This document shows positions 18,367 to 28,047 of a DNA stretch of 64,000 nt, piece by piece (the stretch's first letter is position 1; every line of letters starts with the position of its first letter). The stretch spans positions 64,001-128,000 of the forward strand of contig CAWJKZ010000010.1 in the NCBI GenBank assembly GCA_963843575.1. The letters run 5' to 3'. Under the pieces are notes generated by a model. That model worked only from the letters and a program-made list of their open reading frames with translations. It made no database searches and was not told the origin of the DNA. The position numbers and the translations under genes were made by a program. This DNA comes from an uncultured Acidobacteriota bacterium. GTDB lineage: Bacteria > Acidobacteriota > UBA6911.

Positions 18367-19982
18367 GTCGTAGGAACCTTCTCGTCCGCCCGAGCCGCCG
18401 CCGCCGGGCCACGCGCACATGCCGCGATGCGCCTGAGTGAGGGCAGGACGTCGCCCACGAGTGCGGGCTCGGAATCCGGGAGTCCGAAAGAGAAATACAG
18501 CTTCCGGTACAGCTCGTACAACTCGGCGTAGACAGACGCCTGGTGCGCATCGGGCTCGACGACACGGTAATTCGGGCAGAGCGCTTCCTGCGCCTCCTCT
18601 ACCGTGCGGAAAACGCCCGCAGCGAGGAAGGCGAAGATCGCGGAACCGAGGCTCGTGACTTCCTGCTGCGGCACCAGGACCGGCTTGTTGAGAACGTTCG
18701 CATACACGCGGTTCAGAACCTCGTTCTTTTGAGGGATGCCGCCGCCGTTGATCACACGCCGGATTTCCACACCGTGGCCCGCCATGCGGTCGAGGATCAC
18801 ACGGGTGTGAAAAGCGGTCCCTTCGATGGCGGCAAACAACTCGTCCTGGGCGGTGTGGGTTAGGTTCCAGCCGAGCGTCACCCCGCCCAGTTCCGGGTTG
18901 ACCAGGACCGTGCGGTCGCCGTTGTCCCACGTCAGGCGCAGCAAGCCTGTCTGCCCGGCGGTGTAGCCGTCCAGCGCGTTCGAGAGTGCGGCAACCGTGG
19001 TCCCGGACCTGCGGGCGATGGCGTCGAAGATATCTCCGGATGCCGAGAGGCCCGCCTCAATGCCGTAGTAACCCGGATGTATGGAGCCCTTGACCACGCC
19101 GCACACCCCCGGGATGAGATCGACCTGCCGGGCTATGGCCATGGTGCACGTGGAGGTCCCCACGACGTTGACGACGTCTCCTTCGCGCACGCCGGCACCG
19201 ATTGCATCCCAATGGGCGTCGAATGCCCCGACGGGAATCGGTATGCCCGGCCGGAGCCCCAAACGGGCAGCCCACTCGCCGCTCAGCCGGCCGGCGAGCA
19301 TGTCCGAGGTGGCGTAGCGCCCCCGCAGCCGCTCGCGCACTCCCTGCAGGAGCGGGTCCACCCGCACCAGGAATTCCTCCGGGGGGAGCCCGCCCAGGGC
19401 CTCGTTCCACATCCACTTGTGCCCCATGGCGCAGACGCTCCGAGGCACCTCGGAAACATCGGTGATGCCGCACAGGACCGCCGCCACCATGTCGCAGTGC
19501 TCCAGGGCGGAGACCATGGAGCCTCGGGTCTGGGGATGGTGCCGCAACCAGTGCAGGAGCTTGGCGAAGCCCCATTCGGAGGAGTACACCCCGCCGTACC
19601 AGTCGATTGCCAGCAAATGCTCCCGGCGGGCGGTGGCCGTGATCAGTGCAGCTTCTTTGCTGGCCCGGTGATCGCACCAGAGATAGTAGTCGTCCAGCGG
19701 CTCTAGACCCGCCGCCACCGGCACCACCGTCGATCCGGTCGTGTCGAGGGCCAGGGCCTCAACCCGCTCTCCGTCCACCGACGCGGCGCCGAGCGCCTGC
19801 CGCGTGGCGGCGACCAGCGCCTCCATATGGTCGGCATGTTTCTGGGCCGCGTAGTCGGGATCCTCCCGCCTCCGGTAGAGCGGGTATGGGGCCGTGGCCG
19901 AGCCGAGCCTCCCTTTCGCACTGTCGACGACAGACACGCGGACGCTCAGAGTCCCGAAATCGACACCAGCTGCGATGGCCAT
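18363..19982 (-). CDS. araB: ribulokinase (FGGY family)
   Basis: GVDFGTLSVR, DTTGST, LWCDHRA, YSSEW, GHKWMW, GTSTC, NGGGIPQKN. ATGA overlap with araD. Confidence 0.92.
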   Translation of the reverse strand: MAIAAGVDFGTLSVRVSVVDSAKGRLGSATAPYPLYRRREDPDYAAQKHADHMEALVAATRQALGAASVDGERVEALALDTTGSTVVPVAAGLEPLDDYYLWCDHRASKEAALITATARREHLLAIDWYGGVYSSEWGFAKLLHWLRHHPQTRGSMVSALEHCDMVAAVLCGITDVSEVPRSVCAMGHKWMWNEALGGLPPEEFLVRVDPLLQGVRERLRGRYATSDMLAGRLSGEWAARLGLRPGIPIPVGAFDAHWDAIGAGVREGDVVNVVGTSTCTMAIARQVDLIPGVCGVVKGSIHPGYYGIEAGLSASGDIFDAIARRSGTTVAALSNALDGYTAGQTGLLRLTWDNGDRTVLVNPELGGVTLGWNLTHTAQDELFAAIEGTAFHTRVILDRMAGHGVEIRRVINGGGIPQKNEVLNRVYANVLNKPVLVPQQEVTSLGSAIFAFLAAGVFRTVEEAQEALCPNYRVVEPDAHQASVYAELYELYRKLYFSFGLPDSEPALVGDVLPSLRRIAACARGPAAAARADEKVPTT

Positions 19983-20018
19983 TGTCCTTGTCCCCCACGG
20001 CGCGGCCGGCCCGTGCCG

Positions 20019-21428
20019 TCACTTGTGCCAGTAAACGTTCCAGCCGAGATAGCGGGACGCGGCCTCGTGGACCGCCGCGGCAACCGAAGAGAGGTTGGTC
20101 GCCACGTGGTGTTCGAACCCCCGCTCGCAAATGAAGTGCAGCAAGTCCTGCATCCGAGGGACCTCGGCCACGGCGTAGCCGCCGAACGTGTCGATCGGGT
20201 CTTCGGTGAACCGGCCCTCCCCCACATACGCGGCGATGGAGCCTTCCGTGTCGCGTGTCGAGAGCCGGAGGTAGCTCATCGGGCCTGCCTTGACGCGTCC
20301 CACGCAGGTGCCGAACGTGCTGTCCCTCCCAAGTGTGCCAGCGATGATGTCCTGGAAGTCCATCCTGACTTCTTCAAAAAAATGCTTCGGCAGGTTGCTG
20401 CAATGGAAACAAACGGCCTTGTCGGGGTCGTCCCCGTAGTTGTTGTTCCAGTCCATCAGGGCACTGGGCGACTCCGAGGCCAGCTGCAGAGCGTACATCC
20501 CCAGGAGGCCGCACACATCCAGTTCGCACGCGCTCGGCATGAGGCTGTTGCTCATCATGCTCATCACCGTGCAGGGTACGACGCCATAGAACTCCTCGAT
20601 CGCCGTCCAGCACTGGATCGTGCTGATCGTTACTTCCACCTCCCTCATCCACCCTTCCATTACCACCGCCAGCTTAGCCATCTTCACCAGCGCCTGCTGC
20701 GGAACGCCTTGGGTCGGGACATAGTCCTGGATGTCTCGCAACTTCTGGACGACCGCGTCGTCGACGTCTTTGAGCCGTTGAATTCGGCCCAGGACCTCCG
20801 ACAGGTCCAGCGGTTCGACCGATATCCCGTGGGATTCCAGGATCTTCTCGCTGTAGCGGACCGTGTTGAAGGCGGCCGGTCGGGCGCCGACGGCGCCCAC
20901 CCGGACTTTTCTCAGCCCGTTGGTTACCCGGCAGACGGCGGCAAACCACTCCAAGTCCTTTTTGAAGGCGTCCGAGCCCGGCGCCTCCGTGTGCCGCGAG
21001 GTTAGGGAGTAACGGATCCCATACTGGCCCAAGTTGTTACAGGCCGACATCTTGCCGCAGAAGCTGTCGCGTCGATCGCGGATGGACATGGAACCGGAAC
21101 TATCGGGGGTCGCCTGCACCAGCACCGGCACGCTCAGGCGCGACATCCGGATGGCGTCGGCTATGGCGCGCTCTTCGCCGAAGTTGGGGAGGGTCACGAT
21201 GATGCCGTCGATCTTGTCACGGTTTGCGTCGAACAGCGCGGCGCACTTCCGTGATTCTTCTCGGGTCTCCACCGCTCCGTACTTCGAGTCCTCCGGCGTG
21301 AGTGCCACCACGCAGATCCCGGCGTTTCGGAGTGCTTGAATCATCTCCTCGCGCCCGCTTTTCGCCAGGTGATCGGGAAAGAAGCCCCGGTTGCCGACAA
21401 TCAGCCCCATAGTCATCTGTTTAGCCAT
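20019..21428 (-). CDS. L-fucose/L-arabinose isomerase family protein
   Basis: NRGFFP, LPNFGEE, RRDSFCGKMS, IQCW, ACELD, FHCSN, GFEHHVA. GGGGG RBS before MAKQ. Confidence 0.88.
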   Translation of the reverse strand: MAKQMTMGLIVGNRGFFPDHLAKSGREEMIQALRNAGICVVALTPEDSKYGAVETREESRKCAALFDANRDKIDGIIVTLPNFGEERAIADAIRMSRLSVPVLVQATPDSSGSMSIRDRRDSFCGKMSACNNLGQYGIRYSLTSRHTEAPGSDAFKKDLEWFAAVCRVTNGLRKVRVGAVGARPAAFNTVRYSEKILESHGISVEPLDLSEVLGRIQRLKDVDDAVVQKLRDIQDYVPTQGVPQQALVKMAKLAVVMEGWMREVEVTISTIQCWTAIEEFYGVVPCTVMSMMSNSLMPSACELDVCGLLGMYALQLASESPSALMDWNNNYGDDPDKAVCFHCSNLPKHFFEEVRMDFQDIIAGTLGRDSTFGTCVGRVKAGPMSYLRLSTRDTEGSIAAYVGEGRFTEDPIDTFGGYAVAEVPRMQDLLHFICERGFEHHVATNLSSVAAAVHEAASRYLGWNVYWHK

Positions 21429-21487
21429 AGCACCCCCAGGTTGTGGGTCCCATGTTACGCATTTTCGCTCCGTTTTCATCAGCTATC

Positions 21488-21616
21488 TGGGGGGACGGCG
21501 CCTCGCCGCCGCCACGCTTCGGGATTGCGGCGTGCGTGCCGAAATGTCGCGATTCCCGGTGGCGCCGAGGCACCGGGGATTTCCTCTTCACGGCAAGAGG
21601 AAAGCGCCGCACTCCA
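21488..21616. repeat. degenerate REPIN-like composite with several hairpins
   Basis: TGGGGGGACGGCGCCTCGCCGCCGC ... GGTGGCGCCGAGGCACC ... TTTCCTCTT/AAGAGGAAA hairpin ... AAAGCGCCGCACTCCA. Confidence 0.6.
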
Positions 21617-21706
21617 GGGCGCTTTTCGCTCACGTGCGCGGCGGGCCACTCCGATATCTAAATAGACTGCAAGTAACTTATCCCCCCGGGGCGCAGGGTA
21701 CCGGAT

Positions 21707-21735
21707 TTGACTTGTGTCACGCCAGATTCTATATT
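21707..21735 (+). promoter_or_regulatory. sigma70-type promoter
   Basis: TTGACT-17 nt-TATATT in an AT-rich patch, facing the PBP-like gene. Confidence 0.6.
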
Positions 21736-22050
21736 TTGTACGGCCTTATCTCGGGGAGGCTGCTCCAGAAGCTTCAATGATCCCTGCCGCCACCATTTGC
21801 TGGGCTCGCGGGAGAGAAAAGCTAAAACCTTTTGCGGTTTCGAGCATCTAAGTACGTTGAAGGACTCGGGGTGTAGTGTGAACGGCGTCCAGAGGCGCCC
21901 GATAGTGTATTGCGGGTGGGAATCTTCAACTTCGCGCGGCGGCAGCCGCGCCCCCTTGCTGCAACCCATGGACAGCGTGGACCCAGGGCAGGCGGGGGGA
22001 GGGGTGTGTTCGAGCGCTTGCGATGTCTTGGTCTCGAACGAACTGGAAAT

Positions 22051-25000
22051 ATGGAAGTGCCTGGTTGGTCGCGTGCGTGGGCAAGCTTGAGCAGCAACGG
22101 CGGGCTATTGGCATGGAGGCGATTCCCGGTACTGAGCGGTCCCCGAATTCGATTTCAACGGAAACTCCCGCCCTTGAGGTGGGTTGCGTTCGGGTTGTTG
22201 CTGCTGGTTGCGGCGACGTATGAAATCAGGACCTCGGCGGTGCAGTCCTGGGTCTTTTCCCAGTTTTCGCGGCGCTTGACCTACACCGTGGCCCCCGGTC
22301 CGAGCGATCGGATCGTCTTTCCGCGCGAGGGGCCTTTCAACGAGCGGCTCGGTTATACGCGGCTGCCAGATTTCCAGCGCATGCTGGAATCGGCCGGTTA
22401 CCGTGTCACGCTGCAGTCGCGCTTCTCGCCCGCACTGCTCCGGCTCTCACGCTGGGGAATCAGCCCGCCGTACCGGGAACCTTCGGTCACCGGCCTGGTG
22501 ATCCGGAGCGCACAGCAGGCTCCCATATTCAGTTCGGCGGAATCGGTGCTGCAGTTTCAGAGGCTGGAGGATGTGCCGCCGATTGTGGTAAACGCACTCC
22601 TGGCCATCGAGAATCGCGAACTCGCCGACCCGGCCGACATCCGAAGAAATCCCGTAGTCGAGTGGGACCGCCTGGCAAAAGCAGGCCTTTCCTATGCGGG
22701 CTCCAAGATCGGCCTGCCGTTGAGGGTCGAAGGCGGGAGCACCCTGGCCACCCAGATCGAGAAGTATCGAAACTCGGCCAACGGGCGCACGGACTCGCCG
22801 GTCGACAAACTGCAGCAGATCCTCGGCGCCAGTCTCAAGGTGTACCGCACGGGTGTCGACACCCGTGCCCAGCGCCACGAGATCATTCTCGAGTACCTGA
22901 ACACGATGCCGCTCTCGGCGGCGCCCGCTTTCGGCGAGGTCCATGGGTTGGGCCCGGGACTGCTCGCATGGTATGGGCTACGGCTGAGCGACGTCCGTCG
23001 CAACCTGGCCGTTACCGCCCCGGCCGCAGAGAGGGCCCGAGCGGTCAAGCACGTCGTCAGCCTGCTGGCGTCGGTGCGGGCACCGAGCACATACCTCCTT
23101 TACAACCGTGCGGCGCTTGCGGAGCGCACGAATTTCTATGTCCGGCTCATGGCAAGGTCGGGAATCATCGACGATGGTTTCGCGTCGTTGGTTGAGGCGA
23201 CACCCCTGGCGTTCACATCGTCCGCCGGCCGGTCGCCGAGGATTCCAACCCCAGGACAAAAGACCTCGAACGCCATCCGGACAAACCTCGGCCGGCTCAT
23301 CGGCGTACCCGGTTTCTATGACCTCGACCGGCTCCACCTCACCGTCTCCAGCACGATCGACGCCGATCTGCAGGACCGGGTGCTCGACGTCTTCCAGAAC
23401 CTCAAAGACCCTGCGTTTCTCAAGGCCAACGGGTTAAAGGGGGAGCGCCTCCTTGGCGAAGGCGATCCCGGGCATGTGCTCTACAGCCTTCTGCTTTTCG
23501 AACGAACCCCCGAGGGAAACGCGCTGCGCGTGCAACTCGACAGCCTTGACCGCCTGTTTGATATCAACGAGGGGATGAAGCTCGAACTGGGGAGCACCGC
23601 CAAGCTCCGCACCCTCGCCCACTACCTCGACCTGGTGGCGTCGCTTCACGGCGAACTATCCGGCCTGGACCGCCGGGCCTTGACAGAGCGGGAACGCGAC
23701 GCCCGCGACCCGATCACCCGGTGGGCTGCCGCGACCCTCGTCCATGCGGGCCCCCTCACGCTGGATCAGTTCATCGGGAAGGCGCTCGAGCGCAAGTACT
23801 CGGCCAGCCCTTCCGAGGTTTTCTTTACGGGCGGAGGGGTCCACGTGTTCCACAATTTCGATCGGAAGGACAACGGCCAGACGCTCACCCTCCGCGAGGC
23901 GACCCAGCGCTCGACCAACCTGGTGTTCATCCGTCTCATGAGGGATCTCGTGCGCTTTCACCAGGCCAGGCTGCCCTACGATCCGGAGACCGTCCTGGCA
24001 GACGCGCAGAACTCGACCAGAATGAGCCTCCTTTCGGAGATCGCCGCAAAAGAAGGAAGATACTTCCTGCTGCGCTCCTACCAGGCCTACCGCGGCAGGA
24101 CGCCTGAGGAGATCGTGACCCGCCTGCTCGGTCGGCGCTCCGGCGACCCGCGCCGTCTTGCGATCCTGTACTATGCCTGGCAGAAGCCGGGCATGACGGC
24201 AGGGGACGCGCCGGGGCTCGCAACCTGGATCGGGCGCTTCGGCTCCACGGCGCCCGCCGCGGTCCCAAGCCTGATCAAGGCCTACAGCAATCCGCGCCTG
24301 ACGCTGGCCGACTACGCGTACCTGCTTGGAACCCACCCATTGGAACTGTGGTGTGCCGGTCAGATGATCGGGAACCGGTCGCTCTCCTGGCAGGATGCGC
24401 TTGCCCGCAGCGCCGACGCCCAGAAGGTTGCCTCGCAGTGGCTGTTCAAGACGCGGAACAGGCGGGCGCAGGATCTGCGGCTGCGGATACGCTTCGAGCA
24501 GGACGCTTTCGAGAGAATGACCCCGGGCTGGAAGCGGTTCGGCTTCCCGTTCGAGCACCTGGTCCCGTCTCTGGCCACCGCCCTGGGCAATTCGTCCGAC
24601 AGGCCTTCCGCGCTAGCCGAACTCATGGGGATCATCGTCAACGACGGCGCCAGGATGCCGACCGCGCGGATGACTGCACTGGATTTCGCAAGCGGGACCC
24701 CTTATCAGACGCGATTTGAACTGCGCGAAGCCAGCGGCGAACCCGCCATGCGGCCCGAGATCGCCCGTGCCCTCAAAACGGTGCTGGCCGACGTGGTGGA
24801 ACGCGGGACCGCCCGGAGACTCTCCGGGGCGTTTGCGCTCCCGGACGGGTCACCTGTGACGGCAGGAGGCAAGACCGGTTCCGGGGACAATGAATTCAAG
24901 TCGTTCGGGCACGGGGGGGGAGTCATTTCCTCGCGTCAGGTGAACCGCACGGCGACATTCGTGTTCTACGTGGGCGACCGCTACTTCGGCGTCTTGACCG

Positions 25001-25200
25001 CCTTCGTCGACGGGGCGCAGGCGGCACACTACAGCTTTACCAGCGCGCTCCCCGTGAGCATCCTCAAGCTGCTGGCCCCGCCGTTGAACGCGCGTCTCGG
25101 GGACGCCACCTCGTCGGCGGTTGCGGGGAAAAACCCGCCACCGCGGCGCGGCGGCGCGGAGGTTCGCAGGGAGCGCAGTCTTGGGGGATCGTCTCTGTAG
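22051..25200 (+). CDS. transglycosylase (GT51) domain, class A penicillin-binding-protein-like; start uncertain (ORF open from 21910)
   Basis: N-terminal TM. TG motifs AIENREL, GGSTLATQIEK, LEYLN. TP motifs STAK (SxxK), STN (SxN), KTG. Confidence 0.85.
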   Translation: MEVPGWSRAWASLSSNGGLLAWRRFPVLSGPRIRFQRKLPPLRWVAFGLLLLVAATYEIRTSAVQSWVFSQFSRRLTYTVAPGPSDRIVFPREGPFNERLGYTRLPDFQRMLESAGYRVTLQSRFSPALLRLSRWGISPPYREPSVTGLVIRSAQQAPIFSSAESVLQFQRLEDVPPIVVNALLAIENRELADPADIRRNPVVEWDRLAKAGLSYAGSKIGLPLRVEGGSTLATQIEKYRNSANGRTDSPVDKLQQILGASLKVYRTGVDTRAQRHEIILEYLNTMPLSAAPAFGEVHGLGPGLLAWYGLRLSDVRRNLAVTAPAAERARAVKHVVSLLASVRAPSTYLLYNRAALAERTNFYVRLMARSGIIDDGFASLVEATPLAFTSSAGRSPRIPTPGQKTSNAIRTNLGRLIGVPGFYDLDRLHLTVSSTIDADLQDRVLDVFQNLKDPAFLKANGLKGERLLGEGDPGHVLYSLLLFERTPEGNALRVQLDSLDRLFDINEGMKLELGSTAKLRTLAHYLDLVASLHGELSGLDRRALTERERDARDPITRWAAATLVHAGPLTLDQFIGKALERKYSASPSEVFFTGGGVHVFHNFDRKDNGQTLTLREATQRSTNLVFIRLMRDLVRFHQARLPYDPETVLADAQNSTRMSLLSEIAAKEGRYFLLRSYQAYRGRTPEEIVTRLLGRRSGDPRRLAILYYAWQKPGMTAGDAPGLATWIGRFGSTAPAAVPSLIKAYSNPRLTLADYAYLLGTHPLELWCAGQMIGNRSLSWQDALARSADAQKVASQWLFKTRNRRAQDLRLRIRFEQDAFERMTPGWKRFGFPFEHLVPSLATALGNSSDRPSALAELMGIIVNDGARMPTARMTALDFASGTPYQTRFELREASGEPAMRPEIARALKTVLADVVERGTARRLSGAFALPDGSPVTAGGKTGSGDNEFKSFGHGGGVISSRQVNRTATFVFYVGDRYFGVLTAFVDGAQAAHYSFTSALPVSILKLLAPPLNARLGDATSSAVAGKNPPPRRGGAEVRRERSLGGSSL

Positions 25201-25289
25201 TGGCCTTCCGTCGAAGTTCCTGCACTTCCGCCGGCCGGACGTGGTAATTTGTGCGTCAGGAGATTCATGGAAGGCGCACGGTCCGGCCT

Positions 25290-25832
25290 ATGAAAGCACT
25301 GCTCTTCCCTGTGTGGCTGCCCCTGCTTGTTCTTCTCGGTGCAGGCGTCCAGGAATCCGAGATTCCCCCAGAAACCAAGGGGGTGTATTACTGGAAGGGC
25401 ACGTCCGACTGGATCATGCTCGACCCGGCCACCCTGTCGGATTCTGAAAGCCGGGGCCTGAGCCGGTTCATCGAGACCGACGGCCTGTCCGGCCTGAACG
25501 TGAACCTCACCTTCGACGGCTCCAGCTCCCCGGTCCAGATTGACGACCGCAGGCCGGTTCTCTACGTGCGCGGAATTGTCCCCGGCGACGACACACTCAT
25601 CGTCCAGCTGGCGGTGAAAAGAGACAGCCGGGAAGTTCAGACCTCACTATCGTTTGCGGGGGTCAACAACAAGGTAGGCTTCAGGAACGCGGACATCCGG
25701 CGCGTGACCATCCGGCCCTCAGACGCGCAGGACCTTTTCGTCATCGCACCGCAGGAAGCCCTCAAGCCCGGCGAGTACCTCGTCGTCTTCGGACACATCG
25801 ACAACGCCTTCAACTTCGGCATCCCCAAGTGA
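25290..25832 (+). CDS. hypothetical secreted protein
   Basis: Signal peptide MKALLFPVWLPLLVLLGAG; C-terminal PQEALKPGEYL...AFNFGI. Confidence 0.72.
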   Translation: MKALLFPVWLPLLVLLGAGVQESEIPPETKGVYYWKGTSDWIMLDPATLSDSESRGLSRFIETDGLSGLNVNLTFDGSSSPVQIDDRRPVLYVRGIVPGDDTLIVQLAVKRDSREVQTSLSFAGVNNKVGFRNADIRRVTIRPSDAQDLFVIAPQEALKPGEYLVVFGHIDNAFNFGIPK

Positions 25833-25986
25833 CAGGACGGCAAACAGAACAACACGAAATCGTCCCGGGCCGGGCGGACGCGCAGATGAGAGTTGTCGAT
25901 TCCGAAGTTTCGCCTGCTCGGTAGATTTTCCCTGGCTTTGCCCTTTCCTATAACCTATCCGCGGCATCGTCGGGCCGAGTACCCTT

Positions 25987-26820
25987 TCACTTTACATTCG
26001 CGGCAAGCCGTTCCGTTTCGGGTCGGGCGTCGCGGCCGCCTTTGAGGTTTGCGAATCCACCGATGTAGCGGCCTTTGCGAAAGACGCACAATCCGTCGAG
26101 GTACTTATCGCTGGCGGTGAACGCCTCGTCGCCGATGGAGAGTGCCTGCGCCTGGCCAAACCTCGCCTTTAGTTTGGTCATGAGTTGGGCGGCCGACTCA
26201 GCCGTGTCCTCCGGGACCAGGAACCCTTTCCCGAAGTCGTACTGGCCCACGTACCCGCGTTTCATCAGCCGGATGCCCAGTACACTCTCCGGGACGAGGC
26301 GCAGCGATTCCTTGACCAGTCCTTCCTGGGGGAACCACGAGAGGGCGTCGGGCGGGGTTGAGCGGCCGTCGAATTTCTTCTCGAGCGCGACGACGAATTC
26401 CTTCAGGACGGCCGAGTGGTCCTTGGCCGGGTTGGCGGCCAACTCCACGAAGTACTTGTCTTTGGCAAATATCGCGCGGCGCGGCAGGATCTGGCCGCGC
26501 ATGCCGATATCCTGCACCGGCTGGCGGGGGTCGCGGTTAGCCGAGAAAAGGCCGAATGCAAACTCCGGGTCGGCCATCTCCGAAACATCGATGAGGATAG
26601 TGTCGTCGCCCTTTTTGCAGGTGACCCCGTGCATCTGGACGAACCGGTAGATGAGGTAGCCCTCGGCATTGCCGTTCATGTATTCGAACAGGTTGTCGGC
26701 TGCATACGTCCGGGCCGGCCCCTGCTGCTGCCAACCCGCGACGACGCTGCAATCCGGGGCCTGCGCCGGCGTGGCGGGAACGAATGCGGCGAGGCTCAGC
26801 GCCAGGAGCGTACGTCTCAT
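25987..26820 (-). CDS. DUF6599-like secreted protein
   Basis: Signal peptide, NLFEYMNGNAEGY, AFGLFS. ATGA overlap with the upstream aldo/keto reductase. Confidence 0.75.
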   Translation of the reverse strand: MRRTLLALSLAAFVPATPAQAPDCSVVAGWQQQGPARTYAADNLFEYMNGNAEGYLIYRFVQMHGVTCKKGDDTILIDVSEMADPEFAFGLFSANRDPRQPVQDIGMRGQILPRRAIFAKDKYFVELAANPAKDHSAVLKEFVVALEKKFDGRSTPPDALSWFPQEGLVKESLRLVPESVLGIRLMKRGYVGQYDFGKGFLVPEDTAESAAQLMTKLKARFGQAQALSIGDEAFTASDKYLDGLCVFRKGRYIGGFANLKGGRDARPETERLAANVK

Positions 26821-27989
26821 GCGAACACCTCCTGCGCCCGGCTGAGCCGTTCCGCCACCCTGACGCCGTTCGGGCACGTCACGCTGCAGGTCGGGCAGAG
26901 ATCGCACCGCACGCGGCGCACATTTTCCGGCAGCGCCAGGAAGCTCTCGCGGCCCAACCGGAATTCGCCGTACCCCTCGGCATAGACGAGGTAGCGCAGC
27001 ATGTCGGCGACGGGGAGACCTTTGGGGCACGTTCCGCCGCACTCGCCGCACATTCTGCAGTAGAGCGGACGAAGGTACTCGAGCTGCTCGGCGAGCAGCT
27101 TCTCATCGGCGTCGGTGAACGGCTCCGTCATGGCCCGCATGTTCTCGTCCAGCTGGTCCATGTCGGTGATGCTGGGGATGGTCGTCGACACGTTCGGGTT
27201 TCTCAGAACCCACTTCAGGGCGGCGTACAAGGCACCTTCCCGCTTGAACGTTTCGTAGTTCTTGTCCCCTGGCTTGGCGCGGCGCAGGCCGCCGGCCATC
27301 ACCTTCATAGCCACGACGGCGAGGCCCGCCTTGGCCGCCGCCTCGAGCAGACCCTGGGTCGACGGGTCCATGGTGAAGTTGTAGGAGACCAGTGCGACGT
27401 CGAAGTGGTCCTTGCGCGCGATCATCGCCGGAATCACCTCGGCGTGGCCGCCGTGCATGCTGACACCGGCAAACCGGATTTTGCCCGCTTTCCTGGCAAT
27501 CTGCTGCGCCTCGATCAGGTCGTCGGTGAGATCGGCCGCCTTCCCCTTGCCGTGCAGATACCAGATGTCGAGGTGGTCGGTACCGAGCTCCTTCAGGCTG
27601 GTGTCCAGGTGTTCGAGCGCGCCCTGCTTGTTCGGGGCCCCGGTCTTGCTCGACAGGGTGATGCTGTTGCGCTTGGCCTTGAGAGCGGTCCCCACCATGC
27701 GCTCGTTGTTGCCCCCCTGGTAGCCGCGCGCGGTGTCGAAGTAGCTGATCCCGAGGTCGGCGGCCTTTTCGATCACGCTCGCATCGGATGTGATCATGCA
27801 GCCGAAACCGACGCTTGTGACCTTGACGCCCGTCTTGCCCAGGGTGCGGTAGGTGAGTCCGCCTTGCGCGGCCATGCCGGGCGGAGCCGGAGAATCCGCG
27901 ACCGGCCCGCGCCTTGTAGAACCCAGCACCACGGCCGGGGCGGCGAGCCCGGCAGCCAGAAATGTGCGGCGAGAAGAATTATGTTTCAT
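26817..27989 (-). CDS. aldo/keto reductase with C-terminal 4Fe-4S dicluster domain and twin-arginine leader
   Basis: SRRTFL, YRTLGKTG, DTARGY, CRMCGECGGTCP and CDLCPTCSVTCP. Confidence 0.9.
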   Translation of the reverse strand: MKHNSSRRTFLAAGLAAPAVVLGSTRRGPVADSPAPPGMAAQGGLTYRTLGKTGVKVTSVGFGCMITSDASVIEKAADLGISYFDTARGYQGGNNERMVGTALKAKRNSITLSSKTGAPNKQGALEHLDTSLKELGTDHLDIWYLHGKGKAADLTDDLIEAQQIARKAGKIRFAGVSMHGGHAEVIPAMIARKDHFDVALVSYNFTMDPSTQGLLEAAAKAGLAVVAMKVMAGGLRRAKPGDKNYETFKREGALYAALKWVLRNPNVSTTIPSITDMDQLDENMRAMTEPFTDADEKLLAEQLEYLRPLYCRMCGECGGTCPKGLPVADMLRYLVYAEGYGEFRLGRESFLALPENVRRVRCDLCPTCSVTCPNGVRVAERLSRAQEVFA

Positions 27990-28047
27990 AACGCCCCCAA
28001 ATGTTTATAACTTATGCATATCAGTTTATAGGATGAGAGGGTTGGGA

